Shown one piece after another: positions 48,644-59,016 of a DNA stretch of 60,416 bases. Source of the DNA: Promethearchaeia archaeon (GTDB lineage Archaea; Asgardarchaeota; Lokiarchaeia; Sigyniarchaeales; SOKP01); assembly GCA_046483985.1 (NCBI GenBank), contig JAWOCD010000102.1:1-60416 (forward strand), given 5' to 3'. The position numbers and the translations under genes are program-made. Numbering within the stretch: the first letter of the stretch is position 1; each line of letters starts with the position of its first letter. The notes below the pieces were generated by a model. It did not search any database and had not been told where the DNA came from. It was given only the letters and a program-made list of their open reading frames with translations.

Positions 48644-50677
48644 GTGTTCTCTCTTTTAATTTTATGTATTATAATCCAAGTAGGAGATATCTACCCCCCT
48701 AATTCAAGGGTATACAAGAAAGAAAAGATTAACATAGAAGCATCAAATTCGAATCCATCCGATTTTGATGTTTTAAATTTCTGGGAAAATGAAATGCAAC
48801 GAGTAAATGAAACGGATTTAAACATTGAATATAAAGAGAATAATACTTTGGATTATGAAAATCCTTATTCTGGAAAAAAATATGAATTTATCAAACAAGA
48901 AATAGCTTTTAATTCCCCAAATTGGGTAGGACAATCTCAAGAAACGCTGCAACTTCAGGGATACCTCATATATCCCGAAAATACAAAAAATAGTAATTCT
49001 TCCAATCCAGGATGTCTCTGTATGCACGGATTAAATGGAAATGTTAATGAGAGTTTTCGCCTAGCCTTTCAATACCTGGAAAAGGGATTTATCGTTTTAG
49101 CGTATGATCACCCCGGGCATGGAAATTCAGAAGGTGCAAAACCATCACCCAAAAATTTTTATTTTGAAGGGGATTTTAACAAGACCTCTCATAATTATCT
49201 AACAATCTGTGGCGCTATACAAGGTTTAAGAGTTTTAGAAAATCAATCGTTAATTAACAAGTCCCAAATTATGGTCACAGGAAGATCTTATGGAGGCTTA
49301 AATACAATGTGGCTCTCCGGAATTTCTGGAGAGCGGATTGCTGGAGCCGTCCCATTCATCGCGGTTGGAGATATTAAACAGGTACTCAAATTTCCAAATA
49401 AAATGTTTTTCTGGATATGGAGTAAATCTCCCGAAGATATTCCCAATAGTTTTTGGGAGAATCAAAATCTGCGGTTTGATCCCATCTATTACTTACATTC
49501 GGCGAAAACACCTCCTATGTTTTGGCAATTTGGAACCACCGATGAATTTTTCCCATATACCAGCGTCAATGGCACATTAGATGCCGTGCCCCATAAGAAT
49601 AAGTTCATTCAACTTTATCCAAACGGTCATCATGGACTGGAAGGATATCAAAATACGACAAAATACTTTATCGATTATATAATAAAGGATGGTCCAAGTC
49701 CCCCCAATATCACTTTAGAAAGTGATAATGAGAAGGGTTCTACAATAATTGGAGATTCGTTAGGGACAAAGATAAATGTTGAGACAGAGAATGAGATTGC
49801 TTCTGTAAAAGTGGTGTATAAATATTTAGACATTGTCGGAGCCCGTTGGGAATCGGCAGAACTAACCAGCACAGAAGATGATAGTTGGGAGAGGGATCTA
49901 TCTGCTTCCTTATTAAATTCCCGTATCAATTTTTATTTTATAGTCACATTTAAAGGGAAAGATAATGTATGGTTCTCTTCGAAAATCTATACAGGGGGGA
50001 TGTTTCACAGTAACATCCATTTCATTTTTTTGTTATCGATTATTGGTATTATATCCTTAGTTGTTATCTATTTTCTCTATCGAAGATATAAGAACGATGT
50101 TTTGAATCAACCAGAGGATATCCAAACTGAAGCCAAGAAGAATTTAATTCTTGAATCTGTACTTGTCGGAATGATGGAAATCTTATTTTTGATATCGCCA
50201 TTCCTTGTATGGACAGTTATCGATGATGGCATAGTTACGTGGACACATCTCTATTTGTTTAACAATATTTATTCGGTAGATACTCTATTTGGGATTTTAA
50301 CGCCCTTTATAACTGAGGCTTTTCTAATATCGTGGATTAGTTTAGCAATTCTGAGTATCATGAAACCCATATTGTCGGGAGTACTTCGAATTTGGTATCC
50401 CCTCACCGCATTGATCGTTATTGGTTTTTTTACCAACATGATCTTCAGTAGCGGGACAACTGGAGGAGATTTTGGTCGGGGTTACGCAGGAATTGGAGTA
50501 TATGTGATGCTTCTTTCAAATATTGGGACTATCATAATTGGAATTTGGAAACGGAAATATCAAACGGATCTTGGAATTCGGAAATCGAAAACGAATTGGT
50601 ATAATCTCGATCACTGGTTAAGAATAAAAACTCAGAAAGGCGAAGAAAACTTAGAGGATTCAACTACTCACGCCTAA
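48644..50677 (+). CDS. Extracellular alpha/beta hydrolase with C-terminal multi-TM anchor
   Basis: MHG, DHPGHG, GRSYGG nucleophile, TDEFF, GHH; signal-like N-terminus and several C-terminal TM. Confidence 0.85.
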   Translation: MFSLLILCIIIQVGDIYPPNSRVYKKEKINIEASNSNPSDFDVLNFWENEMQRVNETDLNIEYKENNTLDYENPYSGKKYEFIKQEIAFNSPNWVGQSQETLQLQGYLIYPENTKNSNSSNPGCLCMHGLNGNVNESFRLAFQYLEKGFIVLAYDHPGHGNSEGAKPSPKNFYFEGDFNKTSHNYLTICGAIQGLRVLENQSLINKSQIMVTGRSYGGLNTMWLSGISGERIAGAVPFIAVGDIKQVLKFPNKMFFWIWSKSPEDIPNSFWENQNLRFDPIYYLHSAKTPPMFWQFGTTDEFFPYTSVNGTLDAVPHKNKFIQLYPNGHHGLEGYQNTTKYFIDYIIKDGPSPPNITLESDNEKGSTIIGDSLGTKINVETENEIASVKVVYKYLDIVGARWESAELTSTEDDSWERDLSASLLNSRINFYFIVTFKGKDNVWFSSKIYTGGMFHSNIHFIFLLSIIGIISLVVIYFLYRRYKNDVLNQPEDIQTEAKKNLILESVLVGMMEILFLISPFLVWTVIDDGIVTWTHLYLFNNIYSVDTLFGILTPFITEAFLISWISLAILSIMKPILSGVLRIWYPLTALIVIGFFTNMIFSSGTTGGDFGRGYAGIGVYVMLLSNIGTIIIGIWKRKYQTDLGIRKSKTNWYNLDHWLRIKTQKGEENLEDSTTHA

Positions 50678-50776
50678 AGGCGTGAAATTCATATTCTCTA
50701 ATGCATGATCAGTACATTAGACTATATAGATTGGTTCTTCAATCTTGAACTACTCACGCCTAAAGGCGTGAGATTC
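50659..50776 (-). repeat. Two 32-bp direct repeats (IS200/IS605 right-end-like hairpins) separated by 54 bp
   Basis: 50659-50690 and 50745-50776 differ at 2 positions; each has TCACGCC-TAAA-GGCGTGA; minus strand ends GTAGTT(C/G)AA. Confidence 0.85.
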
Positions 50777-52396
50777 TCAAAGAATTTTTTCTCTCAACTT
50801 TTGGAGATCCCATTTCTTAGCCCGAAGATACAGAAGGGCAAATAGTGAAAAAAGACCTGTTGACCATAACATCCACGAAAGCAGTTGATAAGTGTTTAAA
50901 TTCAGTAAGTATTCCGTGAAATCTTCAATATAATCCAACTCAAGAGCGTAGAAAAGTTCATGTAATCTCACTTCATTCGGATTGAGATTTATTCCTACAA
51001 CTTCATGGGTATTTTGTTTCAAGACACTAAATACATCAGTAACATTATAATTTTCTGTGTTATTCAGTTTTATTTTTACAAAAGTATTCAATTCTCTATT
51101 ATCATGTATATCAGAGCCTCCTATGCAAGCTAAACTTTTATTAAGGCAAAATTCTCTAATTCTCAGATCTTGCGGATGGGCTCCGTTTACAATTTCAAAG
51201 CCGTCTACCCCCCAATCGTTTAATTCTTCCAGGGAATAGGGAGTTCCGAAACCCCCATCTGGATTGTCATTATAATTATAGTGATTGACCATGACAAATC
51301 CGCCATTATCTTTAACATATTTGATAGTTTCTTCGGCATTCATTGCTTTTGGACCCTCCTCGGTCTTTGATTCAAGGGGTACAATTGTTTCTTTCAATCC
51401 AAATATATTCAGATGGATTCCATTTTCATGATCGGTCCATTCCATGGAATAAAAAACCTTGAAATCCAGATTATGCTCTTCCACATACTTACTGGCCGCT
51501 TCAGCACCCCTTAAATTATCGTGATCAGAAAAGGCAGCCCCATCTATCCCATGGGCCATATACCAATCTACTCTCTCTTCAGGTGAAATCCAACCATCTG
51601 ACATATACGTATGGATGTGGAAGTCCAAAAGAAATTCATCTTCTTCTAAATCAGTCTCTATTTCGTGCATCGGAAAATGCACAGTTAATAGAATCATCCC
51701 TGATCCGGCAACTAAGAAGGATATTCCCATAACATATACGAATTCTCTCCTAAAAATGCGAAAGTACTTAACTGGTTTTGTGTGCGCTTTAGGAAGGTTA
51801 TAGCGCTTTTTATTTTTGTAGTTTAATTTTAATTTCGGATGAATATACTTTATAAGTATAACAACAGCCTTTAGGATAATTAAAGTTACGGAGATAAAAA
51901 TAAAAGTTTGAAGGATGGCCATCCAGTAAAGATTCACATAAAGAAAGCCCACTGTTAAAAATATAATCCAAACCAGTAGCAATCCTAAAAGTATGGCCAC
52001 TGAACTCACCATAAACGAAAATCGAATCAAGTCTTTCACCGGATACCAGAGAAGTTTCGCCTTCTTCGATTCTAAATACCCTTTTTTCTTTAAATGAAAA
52101 TAAACTATCCTATAAATTATAACTGTAGAGATAATACCTGCAGATATATTATATCCATTTAAAACTAACGATAAACCTATAATGGGTTCTAGAAAGTAGC
52201 GTAAAAGTGGAATTTGAGACCTATATTGGTCGGAAACATCTTTCATAGCCAACCAATCATAGAAAATAATCTCCTTGTTCGCAGTGAATGCTAACCCAGT
52301 AAGTGTTATTATCCACCCCAGAAATAGGATTATAATAACAGATAGTACTTTATTTTTTTTTAGGAATCCCCTTATTTCCATATTAAGATAAAACAT
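50777..52396 (-). CDS. Membrane-bound PHP-domain phosphoesterase
   Basis: DFHIHT..SDG, SDHD, EWT, HLN, NHY, GGSDIH plus several TM. Confidence 0.85.
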   Translation of the reverse strand: MFYLNMEIRGFLKKNKVLSVIIILFLGWIITLTGLAFTANKEIIFYDWLAMKDVSDQYRSQIPLLRYFLEPIIGLSLVLNGYNISAGIISTVIIYRIVYFHLKKKGYLESKKAKLLWYPVKDLIRFSFMVSSVAILLGLLLVWIIFLTVGFLYVNLYWMAILQTFIFISVTLIILKAVVILIKYIHPKLKLNYKNKKRYNLPKAHTKPVKYFRIFRREFVYVMGISFLVAGSGMILLTVHFPMHEIETDLEEDEFLLDFHIHTYMSDGWISPEERVDWYMAHGIDGAAFSDHDNLRGAEAASKYVEEHNLDFKVFYSMEWTDHENGIHLNIFGLKETIVPLESKTEEGPKAMNAEETIKYVKDNGGFVMVNHYNYNDNPDGGFGTPYSLEELNDWGVDGFEIVNGAHPQDLRIREFCLNKSLACIGGSDIHDNRELNTFVKIKLNNTENYNVTDVFSVLKQNTHEVVGINLNPNEVRLHELFYALELDYIEDFTEYLLNLNTYQLLSWMLWSTGLFSLFALLYLRAKKWDLQKLREKIL

Positions 52397-52494
52397 TGGA
52401 AATTAAAAAGTTATACGATCATGTTCGAAGTTATTTTTTTATTCTTATAATTTATTATCAAAATAGATAAGAAACATAAAAAGGTGAGTTAATT

Positions 52495-53394
52495 ATGAGC
52501 CGTAAAGAAAAAGAATATCACGTGGGATTTTTTTATGGAGCCGACCCAGACACCGTTACATTGGCAAAAAAATTTGTCGGTCATCTCATTAATGATGACG
52601 ATTTCTGTAAGGCTTGTGAAGACCTAGATGAGAACCTCAAATGTGATAAATGCAGGGAGAAAGTACATAGCTTCTCCGATTCAATTTATTTCTTCAAAAA
52701 AATAGGGCAAAATGTACCTCCGTTCATCGAAGAACCTTTAACTTTTTTACCCAAACAAATACCAGCAGTTGATTTTCTTATAGTGGTGGGGATCCATCCA
52801 GATTTACTTTCTGGGTTACCAGAATACAGCAAAAAGCACAATATCCCCGCGGTTATCGCTCCAATCGAAGATCCGCAATGGATTCCCCCTGGATTGCAGG
52901 TGCAAGTACTCAAGGAATTTGAGAGCCATAACGTTCAAGCGAGTCTCCCGAAACCATTTTGTTCCTTAAATGATGAGGAAGATCAATATAATAAGGTAGG
53001 CTTCAATTTAACAGAAGAACATGGGTTAATTAAAGAATTTATTCGTCATTTCCGAATTGGAAAGCCAAAAGTTTCATTTTTGGTTGATAAGAAGCAGGAA
53101 TGGATAAAAAACTCTCGCGTACTTCGATCTGCTCCATGTGGATCTACATATTATATCGTGCAACAATTAAATTCAAAATATTTCAATAATGGTAAGCATA
53201 TTGGAGATGAAAGTTTAAACGAGAAAATAAGCAGTGCACACCACGCATATCCATGTAATGCCTCAATGGATCAAGATACAATCCTAAGGGATACTGTTTT
53301 GCACGTAGGGGGTTATCTTGTCAGAAAGGCTGTAAGAGAAGCGTTAAAGTTAGAAATAGACGAGGAAATTAAATTGAAATACATTATTAAGTGA
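52495..53394 (+). CDS. DUF166-family protein
   Basis: FIEEP, IHPDL, PKPFCSL, IGKP, RSAPCGST, HHAYPCNASMD, LH. Confidence 0.85.
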   Translation: MSRKEKEYHVGFFYGADPDTVTLAKKFVGHLINDDDFCKACEDLDENLKCDKCREKVHSFSDSIYFFKKIGQNVPPFIEEPLTFLPKQIPAVDFLIVVGIHPDLLSGLPEYSKKHNIPAVIAPIEDPQWIPPGLQVQVLKEFESHNVQASLPKPFCSLNDEEDQYNKVGFNLTEEHGLIKEFIRHFRIGKPKVSFLVDKKQEWIKNSRVLRSAPCGSTYYIVQQLNSKYFNNGKHIGDESLNEKISSAHHAYPCNASMDQDTILRDTVLHVGGYLVRKAVREALKLEIDEEIKLKYIIK

Positions 53395-53400
53395 GGAAAC

Positions 53401-53453
53401 TTGAACTACCATGCCATAAAAGACTTGAACTCATTTTAACGCAGATCGTTAAA
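53401..53453 (-). mobile_element. Minimal IS200/IS605 scar with left-end-like and right-end-like termini
   Basis: Starts TTGAACTACCATGC (also at 45811-45824; compare TTGAACTAC at 50745) and ends CGCAGATCGTTAAA (identical to 40144-40157). Confidence 0.5.
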
Positions 53454-53522
53454 AACTTTTTAAGAATCTTAATCTAAAATTAATTATCAAACTATAGAAA
53501 ATGTTATTAAAGGTGAATTAAA

Positions 53523-54599
53523 ATGGCAGAAGCAGGTCACTTTATCATTGGACTCTCTATTGTTATCCCGATTATTTATTTAACAGATGGAAAGTTTAAT
53601 AAGAAAGTTGCCATCATCTTTTTACTCAATAATTGGCTTGGGCCCGACCATGGACAAGTTTTCTCAAATCTTTTGGGTTTAGAAGAGCTAATAGGCTTGG
53701 ATTTTCATTGGTTTTTACCCTTCTTATTATGGGCAATTCCTTTGGCCTATTTTTATTCCTATTTTTCTCGTTTTTCCGTAGAAAGGAACCCAAGGTTTTT
53801 AACCATTTCGGATGATAAAAAGCGGGATGTGAATTGGAAAAACGCCTATCTTCTCTGCATTTCAGGCGGACTTCTTCATACAATTATTGATGCTCTATTC
53901 CGTCACAAGATTTACGATTCTACGATCAAGATATTAGATGGAGTGATCGAGCCAAAAATTGGGGAACTCAATAATCTTGCCTCTTTCGGCATAGATATTG
54001 GTGTGTCTCATATATTGATCACTTATTTTATTGCAATCTTTGTAGTTTTTTTTGGACTGTATATATTGGATAAGGAATTCAAAAAAGTTTTGCAGTTTTA
54101 TATCATATATGCAGCGCTTATCTTTTGTATCACTCTCTTTTTTGTTGGAAGTGAATATGACACCGCCGTAGTCGTTTTATCCGTCTCGTTTATTGTTTTG
54201 CCGCTAATGCTCCTGTTCTATGTAGATAAAGAAGTTAAAAGAAATCCCACATCAGTAAAAGGAAAGCCGAGGATAAACCCAGAATTGGGATTAAAACTAA
54301 TCGGTGGAATTTCATTGTTATTAGCCGCCGTCTTTTTAATATTCGGAATGGCGCTGATAATGAACCCCACTCTGCTTGAATCCTTGGAGACTGGAGAGCT
54401 TTTCATTATTATATTAGGAATCTTATTAACTTTTGTCGGAAGCATTATGTTAATCGGTGCCGCGGGTTTATTTTTGAGAAAAAACCACTCCAGAATTGTT
54501 CTCATGTTTTCTTCGCTTCTGATATTTATCTTGATCTATCCGCTATTTATCTTCTTCTATCTGGCTCAAGATGATGTAAAGACACTTTTCAAGGAATAG
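53523..54599 (+). CDS. Multi-TM protein, possibly membrane-bound metal-dependent hydrolase (YdjM-like)
   Basis: N-terminal GH, GPD, FH and LLHTIID motifs; about 10 TM. Confidence 0.6.
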   Translation: MAEAGHFIIGLSIVIPIIYLTDGKFNKKVAIIFLLNNWLGPDHGQVFSNLLGLEELIGLDFHWFLPFLLWAIPLAYFYSYFSRFSVERNPRFLTISDDKKRDVNWKNAYLLCISGGLLHTIIDALFRHKIYDSTIKILDGVIEPKIGELNNLASFGIDIGVSHILITYFIAIFVVFFGLYILDKEFKKVLQFYIIYAALIFCITLFFVGSEYDTAVVVLSVSFIVLPLMLLFYVDKEVKRNPTSVKGKPRINPELGLKLIGGISLLLAAVFLIFGMALIMNPTLLESLETGELFIIILGILLTFVGSIMLIGAAGLFLRKNHSRIVLMFSSLLIFILIYPLFIFFYLAQDDVKTLFKE

Positions 54600-54642
54600 A
54601 ATTAGAATTAAATTTTTCTTTTATTCTTTATTTTTTTATGTA

Positions 54643-55299
54643 ATGATTTCGTCTTATTTTAATGCGAACCAACCCGAATTTCGGAATACCCATATTTTGG
54701 AAAGGTCTGAAGTGCAGTTTGCCTCGAATATTTTTGCACGAGCCTTCATGAATAATCCCATCACAGTCTATACCATTCCAAATAAAAATCGGAGAAAGAA
54801 AAAAGCGAAATATATGTTTGAATATCTTCTTCGCTATGGAGTGAAGTATGGATTAGTGATGAGTCCATCCCATGAATTAGAGGGAATTGCAATTTGGTTG
54901 AGCAGCGCTTATACTAAAGAAACCTTAAATCAGCAATTACGGTCGGGAGTTCTGAAGGTAATATGGAAACTAGGATTAAAATTCGTTAAAAAGCAATTAA
55001 AATTGGGTAAGGTAATTAAACAAGTCAAGCAAGAATCGCTCACGGATGTAAAGGAAGATTATATCTATTTATATTCCTTCTGCGTGGATCCAAAATATCA
55101 AGGAAGGGGATATGCTGGAAAACTCTTAGGGAATATGATTGAATTCTCAGAGAGAACGGGGGTACCTATATATCTTGAAACGGCACATGAAGAAAATATC
55201 TCGCTATATGAACACTTTAAATTTGAAATTAAGGGAAAAAAGCTTATTCCGGATTCTGATTATGTAATGTACGGGATGCTCCGAACAAACCGAAAATGA
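54643..55299 (+). CDS. GNAT N-acetyltransferase
   Basis: VDPKYQGRGYAGKLL, YLET, N..LYEHF.F. Confidence 0.9.
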   Translation: MISSYFNANQPEFRNTHILERSEVQFASNIFARAFMNNPITVYTIPNKNRRKKKAKYMFEYLLRYGVKYGLVMSPSHELEGIAIWLSSAYTKETLNQQLRSGVLKVIWKLGLKFVKKQLKLGKVIKQVKQESLTDVKEDYIYLYSFCVDPKYQGRGYAGKLLGNMIEFSERTGVPIYLETAHEENISLYEHFKFEIKGKKLIPDSDYVMYGMLRTNRK

Positions 55300-55357
55300 G
55301 ATTAAATTTAAAAAATTTAGGCTAAAATCATTAAAAAACAACGAAAAATTTAGGATA

Positions 55358-55603
55358 ATGGATGAAAACGATAGAGAAATTCGTATTAAACTGAGTGGTC
55401 TTCTCCAGGATAGGTTTGAATGGATCAAATCTTCTCTCGGGATCAGACAAGAATCCGAAGTTTTACGGTTCTTAATTCATCATTTTTATCGCAATAACTA
55501 CAAGGAAAACTCTCATTCAAACAAAGAGAGGGGCACTAAGAAAGGGACAATGTTAATTGATAAAATTATGGAAAAATATCGAGACGGGATGGATACATTA
55601 TAA
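55358..55603 (+). CDS. Small ribbon-helix-helix-like DNA-binding protein
   Basis: IRIKL beta-strand followed by two helices (SEVLRFLI). Confidence 0.55.
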   Translation: MDENDREIRIKLSGLLQDRFEWIKSSLGIRQESEVLRFLIHHFYRNNYKENSHSNKERGTKKGTMLIDKIMEKYRDGMDTL

Positions 55604-55857
55604 AATCAAAAGCATATTTCTACTCCACTATTTTTTTAGCATAAAAACACTTGAAAAAGAGTTAATAGAGTCAAAAAATACCATTAAGTATAAAAAATGA
55701 AAATTAAAAAAAAGTATAAGGTTCAATAACAATTTTATAGGAGTGTTCTTACTTACTCGTTTCTTATTATTACTTACTACTTACTTATTATATATAGTAG
55801 TAATGTGTTTCACATTACAAATTTCAGATTTATTGCAGTTTAGTACGTATGTACAAA

Positions 55858-56115
55858 TTAAAAACGATAATTACTATTCCTACTGCGTTCGTAGGGATTA
55901 GCTTGTTCGGTTACGACAACATTTGAGGCTTGAGGGCCTTTCTTGCCTTCTGTGACCTCGAATTCAACTTTGTCGTTTTCGTTCAGCTTTTTGTAAGTGT
56001 CATCGTCCCCTTCAATAGCGGAATAATGAACAAATACATCTTCGCCTTCTTCTGTAGTAATAAATCCATAGCCTTTACGGCTATCAAACCATTTAACTGT
56101 TCCTTCTTTAGTCAT
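55858..56115 (-). CDS. cspA: Cold-shock domain protein
   Basis: [26 protein letters not shown]. Confidence 0.95.
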   Translation of the reverse strand: MTKEGTVKWFDSRKGYGFITTEEGEDVFVHYSAIEGDDDTYKKLNENDKVEFEVTEGKKGPQASNVVVTEQANPYERSRNSNYRF

Positions 56116-56410
56116 GTTTATTCATTTATTTTACAATTTTTGATCATTGGACAATTTGAAGTCATTCCAATTAATCTAATAACAAAAAGTTAGGGCGTAT
56201 AATAAACTTATGGGAAATTTTGTAAGAAAGAATTTTTTTTCTTCCAAGAACTGAGATTATCCAATTCAAAGAAAAATTTTTCGCACTTTAGTGGTAAAAA
56301 AAAGAACTAAGAAAATCTTAAGCATTCATTAGTCATTTTCTGGATAGGTACGAATTGTCAAAACTGCAAAAATACAGAAATAAACAAGATAAGAATTCTC
56401 TAGAATCCCT

Positions 56411-57898
56411 TCAGTAAGCGAATGGATGGTCTTTAATCACACTAATATGCATTTGGATCAGTTTTTCGATCTCCTTGAGCATACTGCGTTTCTTATTTTC
56501 GCAAAATGAGATTGCAGTTCCTCCCGAACCCGCTCTTGCCGTCCGACCAATACGATGTACATAGGTTTTAGGCACATCAGGAAGATCATATTGAATAACA
56601 TGGGAAATATCATCCACATCAATACCGCGTGAAGCAACATCGGTGGCTACCAGCACGCGAGTTTTTCCGTTGCGAAAGTGTTTAAGGGCTCTCTGGCGTG
56701 CGGTCTGCGATTTATCTCCATGTATGGATTCAGTGTTGACACCTTTCCGTTTCAAATGTTTTACAAGTCTCTTGATACTGCGCTTTGTGCGCATAAAGAG
56801 CAAAACACGTTTAAAAGCTGGGTCGCGGAGCAAATATTTCAAAAGTTCTCGCTTTTTCCTTTTCGATGTAAAAAACACCGCTTGCTTAATAATGTCTAAG
56901 GTGGGGTTTTCAGGAGAAATGTGTACTTTAAGTGGGTTGTGTTGGATATTTTTCGCAAGTTGAACGATCTTGTTAGGAAGTGTGGCCGAAAAGACCAAGG
57001 TTTGGCGGTTTTTATTGGGTATTTTTTTCACTATCCGGCGAACATCGGGGATAAACCCCATATCAAGCATTCTATCACCTTCATCCAATACAAAAACCTC
57101 AACAGACCTAAGATCTACATGACCTTGACTCATCAAATCCAGTAATCGCCCAGGCGTTGCGGCAACAATATCAACGCCGCGTTTTAATTGCTGAACTTGC
57201 GGATTTTGTCCAACCCCTCCATAAATGACGGTGGATCTTAATCCCGTATACTTTCCATAGGTGTTGAAACTGTCTTTAATTTGGATGGCAAGTTCTCTAG
57301 TAGGAGCAATTATTAATACCTTTATTCGACGCTTTTTATTGCTCTTTTTTGAACTCTCAACCAACCGCTGCAAGATAGGAAGCGCAAATGCGGCAGTCTT
57401 CCCCGTTCCGGTCTGGGCACACCCTAATAAATCACGACCCTTAAAAACGAGTGGTATCGCTTGTGCTTGAATTGGCGTGGGCTCAATATAGCCAGCATCA
57501 TCAACCCCATGTAATAATTCAGGAATAAGATCGAGATCCGAAAAAGAGACCTCACTGCTTTTTTGTTCAGTCTTCTGAGGTGGCTCGCCTTGAAGATTAG
57601 ACGGGGCAAGGTCTTTAAAGGATATCGCATCATTTCTTCCTTCCGCATTTTTCAGATATTCATTCTCAATAAGTGGTTTCGCATTCTCCGCAGCAAGTCC
57701 TTTTTTCTGATTTTTGACTGTAAATGTAATACGATCGCCCGAATAAAAACAAATCTCATCGCTATGGCAGATGGCAGAATGATGTAAAAATACATCTTCG
57801 TCAATATTTTTAGATTCTATAAATCCATACCCTTTCTTTTCGCTGTACCATTTAATTGTTCCTTTCATCCTTTCTGATTGTTTTATCATAATAATCAT
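56411..57898 (-). CDS. Cold-shock domain fused to RhlE-like DEAD-box RNA helicase
   Basis: N-terminal GTIKWY..KGYGFI..VFLHHSAI; PTPIQ, AQTGTGKT, PTRELA, TPGRL, DEGD, SAT, HRIGRTARAG. Confidence 0.92.
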   Translation of the reverse strand: MIIMIKQSERMKGTIKWYSEKKGYGFIESKNIDEDVFLHHSAICHSDEICFYSGDRITFTVKNQKKGLAAENAKPLIENEYLKNAEGRNDAISFKDLAPSNLQGEPPQKTEQKSSEVSFSDLDLIPELLHGVDDAGYIEPTPIQAQAIPLVFKGRDLLGCAQTGTGKTAAFALPILQRLVESSKKSNKKRRIKVLIIAPTRELAIQIKDSFNTYGKYTGLRSTVIYGGVGQNPQVQQLKRGVDIVAATPGRLLDLMSQGHVDLRSVEVFVLDEGDRMLDMGFIPDVRRIVKKIPNKNRQTLVFSATLPNKIVQLAKNIQHNPLKVHISPENPTLDIIKQAVFFTSKRKKRELLKYLLRDPAFKRVLLFMRTKRSIKRLVKHLKRKGVNTESIHGDKSQTARQRALKHFRNGKTRVLVATDVASRGIDVDDISHVIQYDLPDVPKTYVHRIGRTARAGSGGTAISFCENKKRSMLKEIEKLIQMHISVIKDHPFAY

Positions 57899-58261
57899 AT
57901 ATTTTGTATTTTATGGGCATTTCCTCATAAGCAACCTCGTAAAATGGTTAATAGTGATTGGAAAACATTATGAACAGGGTTCCCTATTAAAATAATTACA
58001 TACTCAGAAGAAGGTATAATAGTTGATGCATATTCTTTCTATGCATCCCATTATTCACTCAATAAATCTTCAATTTTGAATTGAGAAGTAAAAATTTCTA
58101 AAAAATTACCCATTACTGACTAAGAAAGAGTTACATCACCTATATATTCTTAGTATTTGAACGTCTATTTTAATAAAATTTCGATATTAATCAAAGTTTT
58201 CACTGAATAAATATTAGTCAGTGAGCGGATAAAGAAATAAAGGAAAAGGGAAAAAGGAATC

Positions 58262-58921
58262 TTATTTTTTTTCGCGTAAATCCTCGGTGAAAAAAGACTC
58301 TCCGTAATGAGAAAAAAGGACCGCTGCGGGGTTATGAACAGTCGATCGATCTTTTGCAATTAATGTGGTCACGGGCGCGTCGGACAACTCGGTAAAGGTT
58401 ATATCGTGTCCCACGCAAAGCCCCACAATTATATTCAAATCTGTTCCAAATTTGTTCAATACCAACGCTTGACCTGCGGGATTACATGTGATCCATCCGA
58501 TTGTATAGCCCGTCTTAGATTTCATAGTATACTTCTCTGGTACCCCCACATCGGTCTTTTTAATCGAGCCAGTTTTACAGCACACGGAGCAGACTTCAAA
58601 ATCGTACTTCTCCAAAATATCGGCAATTTTACGTGCTTCATTTAATAACCCCACGCAGAATGCTAAACCAAGCCTTTGATATCTTCGTTCCTTTGCATAT
58701 TCGATTGTATCTTTTAATCGGGGCCATTTAATATAGCCTTTTGCTTCTACGGTGGACGCAACTCTTGTAGCTTTTTTTATTTGATCATCCGTCTGATACA
58801 TTTCTTCTGCTTCTTGAAGCTTCTCCGCCGAAGTTCTCATAGGACAATTCTCTAATTTACTCTTTCGGCCTACGGAACAAAAATTTATGCTATTACATTT
58901 ATGACAAGTTGGCAATTTCAT
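58262..58921 (-). CDS. DUF1847-family Cys-rich protein
   Basis: AFCVGL, CCK, CNPAGQA, GLCVGHD, KDR..HNP. Confidence 0.88.
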   Translation of the reverse strand: MKLPTCHKCNSINFCSVGRKSKLENCPMRTSAEKLQEAEEMYQTDDQIKKATRVASTVEAKGYIKWPRLKDTIEYAKERRYQRLGLAFCVGLLNEARKIADILEKYDFEVCSVCCKTGSIKKTDVGVPEKYTMKSKTGYTIGWITCNPAGQALVLNKFGTDLNIIVGLCVGHDITFTELSDAPVTTLIAKDRSTVHNPAAVLFSHYGESFFTEDLREKK

Positions 58922-59016
58922 AATATTTCACTATTTCTAAATTCATTTTTACAATTAATAAACCTTAAATTTTACTTCCCATCGTTCATTCTTACATCTA
59001 AATTTTGGTTTGGAAA

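Noticed and set aside
50659-50776. Canonical CRISPR array
   Set aside because: Only two repeats, a 54-bp spacer and no cas genes; the repeats resemble IS200/IS605 ends.
55748-55800. TACT/TTAC low-complexity run downstream of csp
   Set aside because: Irregular AT-rich sequence with no consistent unit or structure.
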